Origin: Balanoglossus misakiensis
Taxonomy: Eukaryota > Animalia > Hemichordata
NCBI GenBank assembly: GCA_040954595.2
Contig: CM082585.2
Location: 10,891,995 to 10,955,994 of the forward strand
Length of the DNA: 64,000 bases
Direction: 5' to 3'
The notes beneath the pieces are model-generated. The model worked only from the letters and a program-made list of their open reading frames with translations. It ran no database searches and was not told the DNA's origin. This document shows, one piece after another, positions 1 to 13,645 of the stretch (position 1 is its first letter; each line of letters opens with the position of its first letter). The translations under genes and the position numbers were made by a program.

Positions 1-553
1 CTAACTCCCACACGGATGGTGGTTTTACTGCCTGAAACCATAGCATTACCCCGATAATGACAAACAGGGGTATGAACAAATAAATAGGCTTCATTGCTAA
101 CCTTTTTGACACAGTGAAACCTTGGAAATATATGATTGAGCTCAATACATTTGGAACGCTTGTGTTGTTTATTTCTACATTAATATTTTCAAAATTTCTA
201 TCTGTAATCTATATCTGTGAAAGAAGATACACCGGATTCACTAACTGTGTGGTTGACATTTCCTTCAATAACCCTTTCAAAGCCACAGTCAACTTCTTGT
301 CATTTGAATAGAATTTAAAAATGGTCATTAACCATTATTTGCATGTATCTATGACCTTTTTGCTACGTGAATAGTGGTACGGTACAGCTGGGTCTGAATC
401 CCGTAAAAGAAGTCGACCTTCTTGGGGGTCGTGTGATTTTTGAAGCAGTCAGCAAAATCGTCCCATAGAGGACGCTGTTCAGAGATGATGTCATCTGTGC
501 AGTAAATAAGCAAACTGAAGTGAAAATGTTGGCCATGGGTGGCCCACACTCAC

Positions 554-3500
554 CTGGGCACTGGACGCATTTGTTGAGATCAAAGGGAAAAATAATTTCC
601 CCAGTATTGCACAGTTCACAGATAAACCCTTTTGCTTGACACAGCTGAAACAAAATTATGCACAGAAAAAATACATATAACATACTGTTGCCTGAACTGG
701 ACTGGATACATCTCTAAACACATTTCTCGGTTTTCATCATACAAGAAATCATCATCTTTATACTAAACATAAACAAATAAATTTCAGCCCATTCGGAGTC
801 TAGTGTAGGTTTTATTGTAAGCTTTGACTTTTTTCCATTGGGATATTTTACTGCATATTACTTCATCACTCTAATTGTTCACATATTTCACAGCAATTTG
901 GCATGTTGTGGATTTAACACAGAATAATCATCAGATCCTGGACATATGGTTTTTATCTCTCTCACACAAAACCCACAATATGCATAATTCAATTGCCAAA
1001 TCTCGCAATATGTATAAATCAATTGCCAATCTATACTTTTTTTGCACAGTAGTATTCTATGCATTTGCATGTTTATTTTTCCCTTTGTTTCCAGACAGTA
1101 TCCCATACCTGGCACTGTTTGACATGTATTACAGCATCTTCTACTAAGTCCTTCAGTTCAGCAGCCATCTCACCATTTCTGACCTTGATCAAATCATTCA
1201 GTGAATAAATGTTTGTGTCGTGAATCAGATGGTGTGGTCGCTTGTCAAATTCATTCCACATACTGTTGAAAGACAAAAAAATAATCACTCATTTTAGCAA
1301 ATAGCCATCAACTGGAATAAAACAGATTTATTCGAAGCCAATGTCATTCGCCTGTGTGGTTGCAAGCTTGTGTGTATAAAGTGAAACTAACCTTTGACCC
1401 TGCCTGCAGGTTCGTATGAAGTCTTTCAAATAGTATAGCTGAGTTCTAAGTTCCTGAAAGCAAAGGAGGAAACATGTTTTTAATTTTAATTATAGTAATA
1501 ACACATTAGCAAAAATGCCTTGGGTCACTAATATGTCCCATCAAAAGAGCGAAAGATTGAAATGCCAAAATTTAAAATGTCTAGTCCGAGGAGTGAAATG
1601 GCAAACTTCAAAGTGATAAATATGAAAATTCCAACTCACCCTTACTAAATCAAGCTGTTTTACTTTCTTGTACAGCATGAAATTTACATCGGTTACATTA
1701 AAGAAGGGATCATTTTGCATCTTTATGATCAAATCCCGCGAGAAGTTCGACACGGGACATTTGCGGAAGTCCCACTTCCAGAGGATTCTGGCAGGGATGA
1801 GGGACAGAGAGTTGGCATGGCAACAGTGACAGAAGAACTTGCCAAGATATTCGCAATAGCGCAGTCTTTTTAGGTATCCTGGAAAGGAAATGGAAACACA
1901 TACTGGAAACACGGACAGACGCAACCGATCCCATAAGGTCCCAATGGTATATACATATACCAAATAGGTATATAAAACCATGCTTGGTAACTGAAATGGC
2001 ATTGACACAACATAGACTATAGATACCCCCCTACAATATTTAAGATTCACAAAGCACAATTCAGTGTGTGTAGCTGATAATAACACTGACCTGGTTCTAT
2101 TTTCATACCACATCCAGCACATCTGTAGTTCTGTTTTGCTACAATCACCTTTCTCCTGCATATACATAATAGATGAAAGATATTGTCAACTATATGTCAC
2201 CCCTATCACCCAGTGTATCGACTGGTATACAATTACAATCATGTAGTTCTGGCTAAACCACTGAAAACAAAACGGACTGAACCAAACATGGGAAGTGAAA
2301 AGGGGTAAGGTATCTTTCACATGACGCCCATATTTGTCACACATAAATTTCATGAGATCTAGGTACATGGAATTGAGGTGAGAGTTCTGAACATTATACA
2401 TATTAAGCAAGCTTATCTGTGAGAGTTAAACAATAATAGATGCAAGGTATCTATATTGAAGTGAGCCTACCTTGGAGCAGGATGGATGTTGAAGATAATC
2501 TGGGGTCTAGGTGGAGCCCACTCCAGGTTGCCTCGAACTCTGATCTGTTGACATAATGATTATTTTGAACTGAATTCAATTTGCTTATAGAAAGTTTGGA
2601 TAATTGTACTTCCAGCTGTGAATATGTCTACTAGTAAAAAAATAAATGGATTTTCTCCAATCTTGTAAGAAGCATATGTTAGACACGGTACAAAAGTCCA
2701 GCAATGATGTTAAAAAATTGCAGATGGACTAAGCCATTGCAAGGAAAGGGTTAATCTTTCATATATAAATACTTACATTTTTGTTAGGTAGCACCAGATC
2801 TGAGTTCTCACCATCATCAGGTGAAATAGGGAAAGACTTGGGTAATGGTAGTAACTGGAATATAATAGATAGTGGAGATTTAACCAATCAAATAAGTGCA
2901 CCACAACATGGTGTGACCAATCCAAACATCCTTTTCGGAGATGTGGATTTAGTTTGTGTGCAGACTTGCTTGCTATGTGATTCTGTGTAGATCCATCACA
3001 TATAGGTCTGGGTTTGATTCCAGTAGAATACAAGCTGATTCACATATGCACTTATTATACGAGTAGCATAAATGGTAATAATGAAATCTACTTGGAATAC
3101 ATTAAGCTGTATTTTAACATGTAAAGTCCATAATGTGTATCTCAGAATGAACCAGAGCAACGTTTAACACAGGGATACAAACTCACAGCCTGAGGGACAT
3201 CCTGCTCTGACACAAGCCAGTCGAGGTCTGAAGCTGCAGGCAACTGCTTGGCAGAGAATTTCTTCAGTAAACATATGGCAACTGCATCTGCAGTGCTGTT
3301 GGAAGTCTCTGTCAGGTTGGTGTCACTGTGTGCTGAAGGTCTCCGTATGTCTGCATCTGCAAGAAAGTGATGCCACTTCATGAACCTCTGTTAATCAAAT
3401 TTATCAGTCTACTTGTAAGAAAACACATGGGGTTTAATTTAGGTTTATATTGACAGTGAAAGTACAAATTAAGTTTTTCTTCTTGCTTACCAGAATAAAG

Positions 3501-6500
3501 CGACGCCATTGATGTTGATAGTCCAAGATTGCTGAGTTCTGTCAGATTTGGACTCAGGGCGTTGTCATTTAATTCCAATTCTTCAATCAAGTCACTGCTA
3601 CCAGAGTCACCTGCGTTCACAAAAGGCAAGTAAATTCTTTTTTCAGATGTTTTCAAGAAAAATACACACAAAGTTTTCTTGCAGAAATTTCCCACATGAA
3701 AGATACTGTGCCACAAAAATAAGTCATGACTTTTATATTGCAGCAATTACATGTACAGTACTTCTTCATGCAGCCATGTTAGAACCATCGTTTCTAGCCA
3801 TTACCTGAGATGCCAGATCCTGATAATGGAGGAGAACTTGATGGAGACACACTGGATGTTGTGGTAGTAGTAGCTATGCAAATGAAAAGGATTTAAAAAT
3901 AGAAACCATGAATATGATAGTATGACAACAGGATTGTGGAGTTTTCAAACATAATTTCCATTCTCCTACGTACTGTTACAAAAACTGTCTTTAAATCACT
4001 GTGTATATTGATAAAGGCAGAAAGCTTTATGTGATGAGAATTGTTGAGTGGAAAAAAGTCCATGGAGCAGATTTATACAGACATGGAAAAACACTCACTA
4101 TCCGTTCTTCCATCGCTGAAAGCCGGAGACATCATCATGGCCTTCTCTTTCCGTCGCTCTCGTCTCCTCAGCCGTATTCTCTGTTTGAGCTCCTGGATTT
4201 CTTCATCGGAAGCGTCAGATTCGTCGTCTGATTTGGAGTACTGATTGCACTTGATCTGCTCGATGGCCGAGATGATGGCTTCAGATATGCTGAAATGTGC
4301 GTTCTCCTGTTGGGTTAATGAAACAGACCCTGAATGAGTCGGGGATTGACCTCAAAAGTCCATCATCTATCCTGGCAATTTCTGGCTTTGCTAAACTCAT
4401 GACACATACCGGTACAATCTGGCTTTGTGCATCAAGTCATATGAAATATGGAAGGAAGCGAAGGCAGTCCACTATTCGCGTCAAACGCAAAATTTGCAGA
4501 ATATTAGTACACACGAAATTATGCACATAAGACGATCATCGACCTTCAATTATGCACATAAGACGATCATCGGCCTTCAATTATGCACATAAGACGATCA
4601 TCGGCCTTCAAGTTATTGGTTGTTAAGTGTGGTGTACTTACCCGGTCAAGATCTGGCCACGTTTGGAAATCTTGGGACGACAGAAAACTCATCAATGATT
4701 GGCCTTCCTCAGGTTTGGGAAACATACATTCTGTTGGGGAAACATCTGTGCGTGACACATCTGTTCGAACAATAATGCCAAAATATCATCAATATGATGA
4801 AATTCTCAAACTGACTCTAAGCATATGGAAATCTAAAGTCATAATACGCCATCTTGTTTTGAGGAATACTAAACTGTAATCGTGCATGACCTCTTCTGGC
4901 ATACACACTTTATGTAAAGAAGATTGAAGTCATAGTTGTTGCTTACCTTCTCCTAAGAAACTGCCTCTCTCAATTTTGGAAGGTAAGGATGAAGAAAGAT
5001 TAGCACCTTCTGTTCCAGTTGAGTCTGATTCAGGACCTTCCTGCCTTTCCTGAACTTTTACTTTGTGAATGAAAACGACATCGGATTTGGACCGTGTGTG
5101 TTGCGACAATGGCCGACTGACATTAGTCTTACGTTCTCTGATGACTCTCTCTTTCTCCTCAAGAAATCTACCCTCCTCATTCTCCTCCGAGCTGTCATTT
5201 GCAAATAATAGCTTGTCATTTGCAGTTGTCTTGCTCCGAACTTTCATTGTGCGTTTTGTAAACTCACTGCTTTCTTCCTCGTCCTCATCTTCTTCCAACA
5301 ATTTTTTCAAGTCGCTTTCATTCAAGCTATTTTGCTGCCTTTTTTTCACTTTCCCTTTAACATGCGCACTGGATGTTCTCTCATCTTCTGTAGAAGTTCT
5401 CTCTGGGTTCTTAGCACTCCCAGACAAATAATTTTCACTTCTACTTTTCTTTGCATCTTGTACACCAATTCCCTGACTGCTTGCATAGTTACCGTCAAGG
5501 TGAAACGGAGTGTTCATTAAAGGGTCACTGGCCACAGCCTCAAAAGTGTTCTCATTTTCATTACTCATGCAAGTCCTGTAATCAGTTCCTTCCAAGACCG
5601 ACAATAAAATATTCTTAGCAGAGTTCCTACGTTCAATTCGTTCCCTGGGACTGCAAGGTAAATTGCTAGCAACCGCGTGATCCGCTGATGTTGTGAGAAT
5701 GCTTTCAGTCTTCGGTGAAGGAAACGGTGGTGGTTCTAGCAGAGACTGTGGTGTTGGAATAGAATCACTCCGTCTGGACATACTGGATGGTGCATATTGT
5801 CCTGATGGTTGGTTGATGGGTAAAGATGAACTTCTCGTGTGAGAGATTTTCCTTTGTTTTAACTGTCATCAACAAATCATACAGATAGATGATCAATGAT
5901 TATTAGTCAATAATTTTGTGGAAAAGAATCTGGATATTTTATTGGCAAATAGAATACATAGCAGCCCTGGCAACTCACATTCCATACAAGAAACTCTTCA
6001 CTAAACTGTAACCTTTGCAGGGTTGGTCAGTCCATGTCACCTTGGCAGTCAAGTGCTGCTACATGTAGACGTGAAGCTTGGCCAAGGTGACAGAGACTGA
6101 CCAACCCAGCTTGTTGTGTTGTATCTGTTGAAGTGCATGACGCGAACTCACTCACCAATTTAGGATCAACACTCGCCAACAAGGCAGGGTTATTGTCTTC
6201 CACAGCCTTCAAGCACACATGTACAGCTTCGTAGTGAGGCTGACTGCACAAAAATGCATTTTCTGCAAGAAAAGCAATAGCAACCATAAAATCAATCATG
6301 TCAGTGTCACTACGTATATGGGTGTTAAACTGACTCTCTGAATTTACATACAATCAATGTTGACATCAATATGTTTGTTTTACCTTGTAGTAAGTGTAGA
6401 ATAAAAATAGTCACTTAGTCACTTTTTTGTGTAACTTTCGCCCTCTAGAGTGGGTCCATGAACTGACTGACCCTACTGTTTGCTTTGATAGATAACAGAT

Positions 6501-9500
6501 CTCCATCAGCAATTTCTGAGGGAAAATGGCTGTGGATTTAAGGGCTGGGGGTCAGTAACATAATTTGTACCAGTATGTCACCATTGCTCAGACACACATA
6601 ACCTTCACAATGTAAACAGATTAAAGTCAAGGTTTTTCCCCAATACTGCTGACAGTGAATATGTAAAAAAAGAACATAGAATACTTTGTGAAATCCTGCA
6701 AAATTACCACGCAAATAAAATTGAGGATTTATACAGACAGTAGCTGAGACTAACATGTTTTGTTTTCAGCATAATTAAATATTCCGCTTGCCAATGCAGC
6801 CTGCTTATGTACAGTCATCAGTGAGCATTGAGTCTGGATTTAACAGATACTTTTTAAACATTACTGAAAAAATATTCAATTTTAATATAAAATATTCTTC
6901 TCATTTTCCATCTTTTTAGAGTTGGTTTCTATTCAGTGTCACCGAATCTGGTTCACGACTATTGTTAAAGGGACAAAGTCTCTCTCCAGCTACCCTTATT
7001 CCATTAATTATGTTTGATACAAGACACCGTTCATGTTAATGTACATGTGGATATATAGTGAATCAACATTCGACCACACACAACTTCCATCCCACTTGTA
7101 TGATATGAGAGTAAAAACTCGCCCAAAATGAATAAATGGTAAAGAACGATTATTCATTTTGGCGAGTTTTTTCACTCTCCTGTCTATAAGAGGGATGGAA
7201 GTTGTGTGTGGTTGAATGTTCATTCACTATATATCCACATGTAGAATAAGAAACGGTGTCTTGTATCAAATATAATTAATGGAAAAAAGGGCAGCGAGAG
7301 AGAGACTTTGTCCCTTTAAGGCAGAAACCGAAAATGAAATAAGCCCACAAGTATCTTTATCCAAAGTTTAAATCTACAGGCAGTTAGTATAACACTAATG
7401 TTTCCAACAACCAAAGATCAAAGAGCAAACCCTAGACACATATCTATGCTAAAACCTAAAGCAAATTCAAACTGTCATTTGAATAGTACCCTCAACACTG
7501 CATACCAGAAATGTTGTTATTACACAACACGTCCCTAAAATAAAACAATTTAACTGCAGTATTGGTGAATGAATACGAAAAGGTCAGTTCAGCATATTAT
7601 TTAAGATAGGAGTTACTGCTGCTATGCTTAGTAATTTATCCTATTTTCAAAATATATCTTGGATGTCAATGTCATCAATGATCAATAGTCAAATGTCAGA
7701 AAATCCCTACCTCGAGTTAGAGTCCTGTAACTTGATAATGAACAGACAAACTTCACGTTCAGCAGAGGCAAAAAAAACCTGCAACGACACACTTCAGCCA
7801 AGCCTGCTACGTATGAGCTGACACAAAAAAACTTGTATCCTGACCCGACCCAAGTTGACCTCTTTACATGTGAATAAACAAGTAGGGTATATACAGAGTC
7901 ATCTATTGTCCCTGGTGGGTCAACTCTACCATGACGATCACATCGCATTCCTCACCGCTTTGCTAATGCTTTTGAAAGTCTACACAGTGAAACCGGTATA
8001 AATATCCCAGTAATATGACGATAATATCGCGAATCTCACAGACGTTCTGTACTGGATCAGAGTGTTGAAAATGTAACTCCTGAAATATACTCTCTGTTTA
8101 TTTTTTCGAAAACTACATAAAAGATGAGGAAAATATTGAAGTGCACATCCATGAATTACATGTACTACTTTAACAAATGTTTGTGAGTTGCATCCACATA
8201 ATGCAAGTACTTATTGCTCAAATGCTGCATTCACATTCACCAGATTTAAAATCGGTGTATTGCCTATTAAGTTGTTCTGGTAATGAAGGGCGCCACCAAG
8301 AGTTCAGAATGCCAACCTGAACTATAAACAGCGGTGATACTCGCGAGCAACAAAATCACACTTGTCTTGATTGTTCAATTTATGTTGACTTGGCAGTCTC
8401 CCTGTATCTCACAGAATGCCACATGACAATCCTCTATCAAAAGAAACTCAAATAACCAAAATTTCATCAAAACACCCACGATATATTGCAGCAGTAAGAA
8501 TGTCACTGTGACCTTGAAAGCGAGGACAGGCTTTGATTTGATTTATATAGCAACATATCTCACCAATAAATTATCAAATTTGTTTCTCTAATGTGCGAAT
8601 TTTTCTGAGACTGGTTGAACTGTCAGGCTACCCAGTACCTTATTGATTTGTAAAATTCAAAGCTATAGGCCAATAGGGTCATTTTGTGAGCAATGTCTGG
8701 CAATGACACTCACCATGGTAACACTGATGTAAATGATCTTTATTCTCCACTAGAATCTTCAGCTGCGATGAGAGGTTGTGGTTGTGTAGGCTCTGTTTCA
8801 CCCAAGCGCTGCCTCGGTCAATTCCGTCGTTCGAAGACTGCTTGCCAGCTTGTTCAATGAGGGGAGCGGATGTGGGGTGCAGCCACCTCAGACCTTTGAT
8901 AAAAGTCCAGTATTCACTTCCAGTGGAGTACAGCACCTGGCAAAGATTATAGCCAAGAAAATCACTTGTGAAGCTGTGCCCATTTTTCTCTGTATTCCCA
9001 AAGACCTACCCACACACAGACAGCAAAGAAGGAAGTAAAAGTGATGAAACTAAACATTGAAACCAGTGTAACTAATAGCTTCCTTATACACCAATAAGAT
9101 TTGAGGGTCAAACCAATTGATAAGTCCTCCTGATTATGTACAGTGAAATTACAGGTGAATTTCTACATACCTGTTGTTGTTGTTTTACTCCATGGTTTAA
9201 AATATTTTCAACATCATTGCACAATCTGGAGAGCCCTCCATATGTAGACCACACATTGCTGCTTTGGAATGATAACACACCCTCTACAGTGGACTTCAGT
9301 GAAACGAGGAGACGCTGGTGTTCTAACCTGAAACAGACGTGAAAGAAATTACAGCTACAGCCAGGTGGTATTATGAATAATATTCATAATACAACATTTA
9401 GCATCATTTAATACAGAAAAACTTCAGAATACATGCTAAGCAGTGCCAATCACTACAAATTACAATTTCTAACAGAAGGAATGCATCTACAACTGACGTT

Positions 9501-9527
9501 AACATCACTAGACATTGACACACTTTA

Positions 9528-9559
<32 letters not shown>

Positions 9560-10280
9560 GGGGGGGGGGCTATCTTGCTAATATCTATTACTTATCTAAA
9601 ACTAACTTTTCACTTTGCAGGCAAAAGTATTCTTAGATATAACACCCACACTGCCCCAGGAATTTTCGTCTTTAATTGTCAATATAATATGAATGATATT
9701 CCGCCTTTTGTTGACTGGTTTCTTACAGTAAAGACATAATTATTGTGTTGCGGGTATTAGACCGGGCCAGGGATACTTTCGTTTTTATTACAGACAGATA
9801 TTGTAAACAGAACCGGGTAATGAGAATTGAGACTTGAGTCTGTCTTCTTGTCAAGATTATGTCATTTATCACGGCGAAAGATATGCCAAACTTTGTGAGA
9901 CTCAGTGGTGATATGTATTAGAAACAGCCATATGAGATGTGGTATCTTAAAGAAGCGATCGGAAACGGGTAATTGCGTGGAACAGTTATTAAATTACGTG
10001 TTTGTGACCTACATGACCTAGGAGTAGTACACAACGGTGGACCGTTATACGGTAATTACCGGGAAACGATAAACAACACACACCCCCTCCAATATTTCGC
10101 CTTTTAGTAGTACACAAAATCTACGGATCAAACTAAATGTACCCCGAACGGACAGAATTAGTCGGTGCACTTCTACAATGCTATTCTCTCACACGATCAT
10201 TGAACGTTATCTATCGGCTATTCGCCGGTTGCCATTCATTCACTTTACCTCACATCATCACTGTCCTCCTTCGTCGCCAT
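554..10280 (-). CDS. RUBCN: Rubicon (RUN domain Beclin-1-interacting Cys-rich protein), multi-exon; canonical last exon(s) probably left of the window
   Basis: ATG at 10280 ([11 protein letters not shown]). Approximate GT-AG exons: 10249-10280, 9171-9327 ([32 protein letters not shown], matching the Rubicon RUN N-terminus), 8714-8936, 6156-6262, 4947-5862, 4642-4760 ([19 protein letters not shown]), 4098-4308, 3805-3874, 3490-3611, 3187-3356 ([15 protein letters not shown]), about 2775-3025, 2470-2545 ([17 protein letters not shown]), 2091-2155 (QNYRCAGCG), 1640-1878 ([17 protein letters not shown]), 1392-1453, 1108-1263, 554-644 ([12 protein letters not shown]...IFPF). The last exons form the RH zinc domain. 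Confidence 0.95.
4517..4611. repeat. 31-bp minisatellite, 3 copies, in a Rubicon intron
   Basis: Unit AATTATGCACATAAGACGATCATCG(A/G)CCTTC repeated three times head-to-tail. Confidence 0.95.
6965..7319. mobile_element. Foldback MITE of about 347 bp with TTAA target duplication and AGGG...CCCT ends (T2/Kolobok-like)
   Basis: TTAA|AGGGACAAAGTCTCTCTC at the left end and GAGAGAGACTTTGTCCCT|TTAA at the right end. The arms stay imperfectly complementary for about 165 bp to a short loop near 7135-7150. No transposase. Confidence 0.85.
9532..9570. repeat. poly(T)-poly(G) low-complexity run
   Basis: Long T run directly followed by a G run in Rubicon intron 1. Confidence 0.9.
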
Positions 10281-10627
10281 ATTGCATGTTTACGATTACG
10301 TCATCAAACGCACGACGGAAACAGCTTGATGATTGGACAATGATGAAGAGGTGACACGCCCCTTTTACTACATTTTCGAAAATATTCTCTTTCTTTTCAC
10401 ATAATCCTGGCTGATGCTGGTAAAATAATACCCTAGCTTTAATTCATCTAATGTCCAAACAAACTGTGACTTATAAAATCGGGAAATGTAAGTAACAGAG
10501 CGAGGATAGAACCACAAAAATTAATCAGATGATCTCGGAACAGGGGTCACATTATCCACAATGCATTGCAAAATAGACTTCCGGCAACCTCAGGTGATCG
10601 GTGTTTAGAACACATAGTAGATCAAAA
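10281..10627. promoter_or_regulatory. Putative bidirectional promoter between RUBCN and the cAMP-receptor-like GPCR
   Basis: Divergent ATGs at 10280 (-) and 10628 (+), 347 bp apart. Motifs: inverted CCAAT (ATTGG 10332-10336), KLF/Sp-like ACACGCCCC (10354-10362), ETS ACTTCCGG (10577-10584). Confidence 0.7.
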
Positions 10628-13614
10628 ATGACGGAGCCCACAGAATTTTCTCTCTCGAGCGTGTCGAGTTCTCTACTGCCAAGTAATTCGTCCCCCACAA
10701 TGTTACCAGGGACCTATTGTACCCTTTTCGACGGGGATGAAGGAAAATGTGTAAGTGATTGGATGCAAAAACACCATATTTTTTTGCTGTCAACTGGGCT
10801 TGATACGTGATCGTATTTTTCAGACGTGGAAGCCTGTGTGTACACCATCACAAGATACGTCATTTGGCGATTATGAGTCATAATATCCGCGTCACAACGT
10901 TGATGACAATTCTTTTAATTTCAGTAGCATTTTGTGTTATCGTAAAGTATTAACGAAATGATGTTAACCTTGTAAAGCAGTCGAATATTTCTTCAGGAAT
11001 TTCGTAAGTGTAAATTTCAAAGGGGGGGGGGAGGGGCAACAATTTCAATACAACTTAGCATCGCATCGAACTATATGAAAGAAGTTAACAAAGTTATGTA
11101 TATGAATCATGGAATGCAAATGGGCAACTGTTGTGAACTAGAAATAGAAAGAGAAAGGAACCCACTAAAATATGTTATCCAATAATCTGTCATCTTCTAT
11201 CTTTGCTTTCTATAGGATGCTGTCATAATTGTGAAAAGAATCACTGCATCATTATCTCTGATTGGTTGGTGAGTATTGTGCATTTCCTGATTAACCCTGG
11301 CTGGGCGTTGAGTCCAGTGAGTGATTTAGTGAGCACATTCTAACATGTCTCACATCGTTCATTTTCATTTTATAAACCCATGCCTGCAACCCAGATCTCA
11401 AAGTGGGAAGTCATATAAATTTGTGAAACTCTGTTCACAAATGGCAATGGGGAAGCTATGGTAGATCTCTTGTCTTGAGTTGAACTCTGACATGTTTAAT
11501 TGTTAGTATATTCCAGACATTATACATTGATTTATGTGTCCATTTTGCAAATCTGACATGTAACCTTTTTTCAGTCAATCAATGTTATGTTGTATTTTTC
11601 TTCAAGATCTAACACGCACCTTTGATCATGTTTGGAATCTCATCAACACTAGTGATATTCTACATCTGTTCCTTAATTTATTTCTCTCAACAGTATATTC
11701 ATGATAGCAGTGATATGGCTGTTTAAGAAGTACCAATTCTTTGCACAGAGACTTATTTTGTATCTCAGCATAGCTGCGCTGTGTGACAGTATAGCATATT
11801 TAATGGTAAGTTATGGTTTGTTTTGAATTATTTAAAAAAAATGACAGAATATTTTCTGAGCCTTGAATTCTGCCATGTAAAACATGTTTCATCCTCCATA
11901 TTTTTCACATTTCAGGGGGATTTGCATCCAGATGGTCCATTGTGTGACTTTCAAGCTTTTTGGTTGACTTACTTTGGTGAGTAAAACATCACTGAAATGA
12001 ATACATGTATTACCATGTGCAGTAGCAGAAATTGAATTGGTATGGTCTTGATTTGTCTTGGGAAAGGAAGCTGCCAATGTTCTGTCTGACTCTGAGTATG
12101 CAAACTGGGCTGCATTCATTCACGATACCGAGCTTGTCATTGCTCCAAACAAGGATCCTTAAAGGATCTGTATTAGCTGCTTGGATTGACATTCTTGATT
12201 TGATTTTCAGATTGGTGCGTACTTCTGTGGGTTAGCTGTATAACATTTAATTTATTCTGCAATGCAGTCAGACAGAAAAAGACGGATAGATATGAACTGT
12301 AAGTATGTTATATTAGTTTGTAAGTTGCCAAACGCATCAGTGTATCACGAAAATAATACATGTGCAACATCTTACAAATTGGATATTGCTTGTTTTAACA
12401 GTATATATCACCTTGTATGTTGGGGAGTGAGTCTGGTGATAGCCTGTTTGCCGTTCATAGCCGACCATTATGGACCCGCTGGAGCTTGGTGGTAAGTAGA
12501 TTGAGTACTTAGTGGTATCGTCATCCAGGATTGGGATTGTGGAATTTATGTCTACCTGACATGGAGTGGAAAGGATGACGTTGATTGTGAATATAATATA
12601 TTGGAGTACTGATAACTTGGCATTTGCTATAATTTAACAATCATGTTCTGAATTTATTTTGCAGCTGGATCAATGGAGAACATGCCACTTGGTGGAGATT
12701 TTTCATGTGAGTATAAAAATTACAATCTCAATGTTACTCATAGAAAATCATGAGGAAATGATTGAGTTACCCATTCGGCCAGAATTTTTTTAACACAATG
12801 TGGAGATTGCATTTGAACATGAAAATTGAAAGTCCTGTATGTATTATGTACACAGCTGACAGTTGTTGTTTGATGTTGTTTTCTTTGTGTTTTTGTAGCT
12901 GGTATGGTCCCTTGTTTGTCATCATTCTTCTGATGTTTGTTGTTTACACCTACATCATCATCCATGTCAACAGAAAGGTAAGATCACCCATTCTCACTTG
13001 ACTTTTCACCCTTTCGCCCCCATTTATCTGGGTACAGGTCAAAACCCCCCAATAAAAACAATGGAAGTTGAACCAAAATGTGGCAGGGAAGGGTCAGTGA
13101 AACTTGTGTTTCAAGACTTCATGCAGTCTGTAGTACAGTTTCATGATAATCTATATCTTGTACATTACGTCTCCAGGTGAAGGCGTGGGAAGGAACTTAT
13201 GACCCAGACACCGAGAGAAGTAAACAACTCTTGAAGGAAGAAATCAAACCACTAATAGTCTACCCTTTCATTTATTTGATCATTTCTATATTTCCACTGA
13301 TTAACAGGTATGTATGAAACATCCCTGACTTTTATGTATGCACTGAAGGCATGCACTCCCAATGTGTGTGTGTAAACATACATGTAGTCAACTTTGATGT
13401 TGCTTACAATTGTTGTTTTACTGTATGTCTTACACAGGATTCAGAACGCTGTCAGCAACGACCCCATCTTCGCGCTAGTGATACTGCACGCACTGACGTC
13501 TCCACTGCAGGGTGCCATCAATGCTATAGTCTACGGCTTGGACAAAGAGACCAGAAGCCGACTGACCTGGACTCAGATCAAGGTCAGCGTTTTGAAGCTC
13601 CAGTATACTGCATC

Positions 13615-13645
<31 letters not shown>

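Noticed and set aside
4517-4611. 31-bp repeats resembling a CRISPR array
   Set aside because: The units abut with no spacers, the context is a eukaryotic intron, and there are no cas genes.
5069-5431. 120-aa Ser-rich plus-strand ORF
   Set aside because: Antisense to the large Glu/Lys-rich Rubicon exon.
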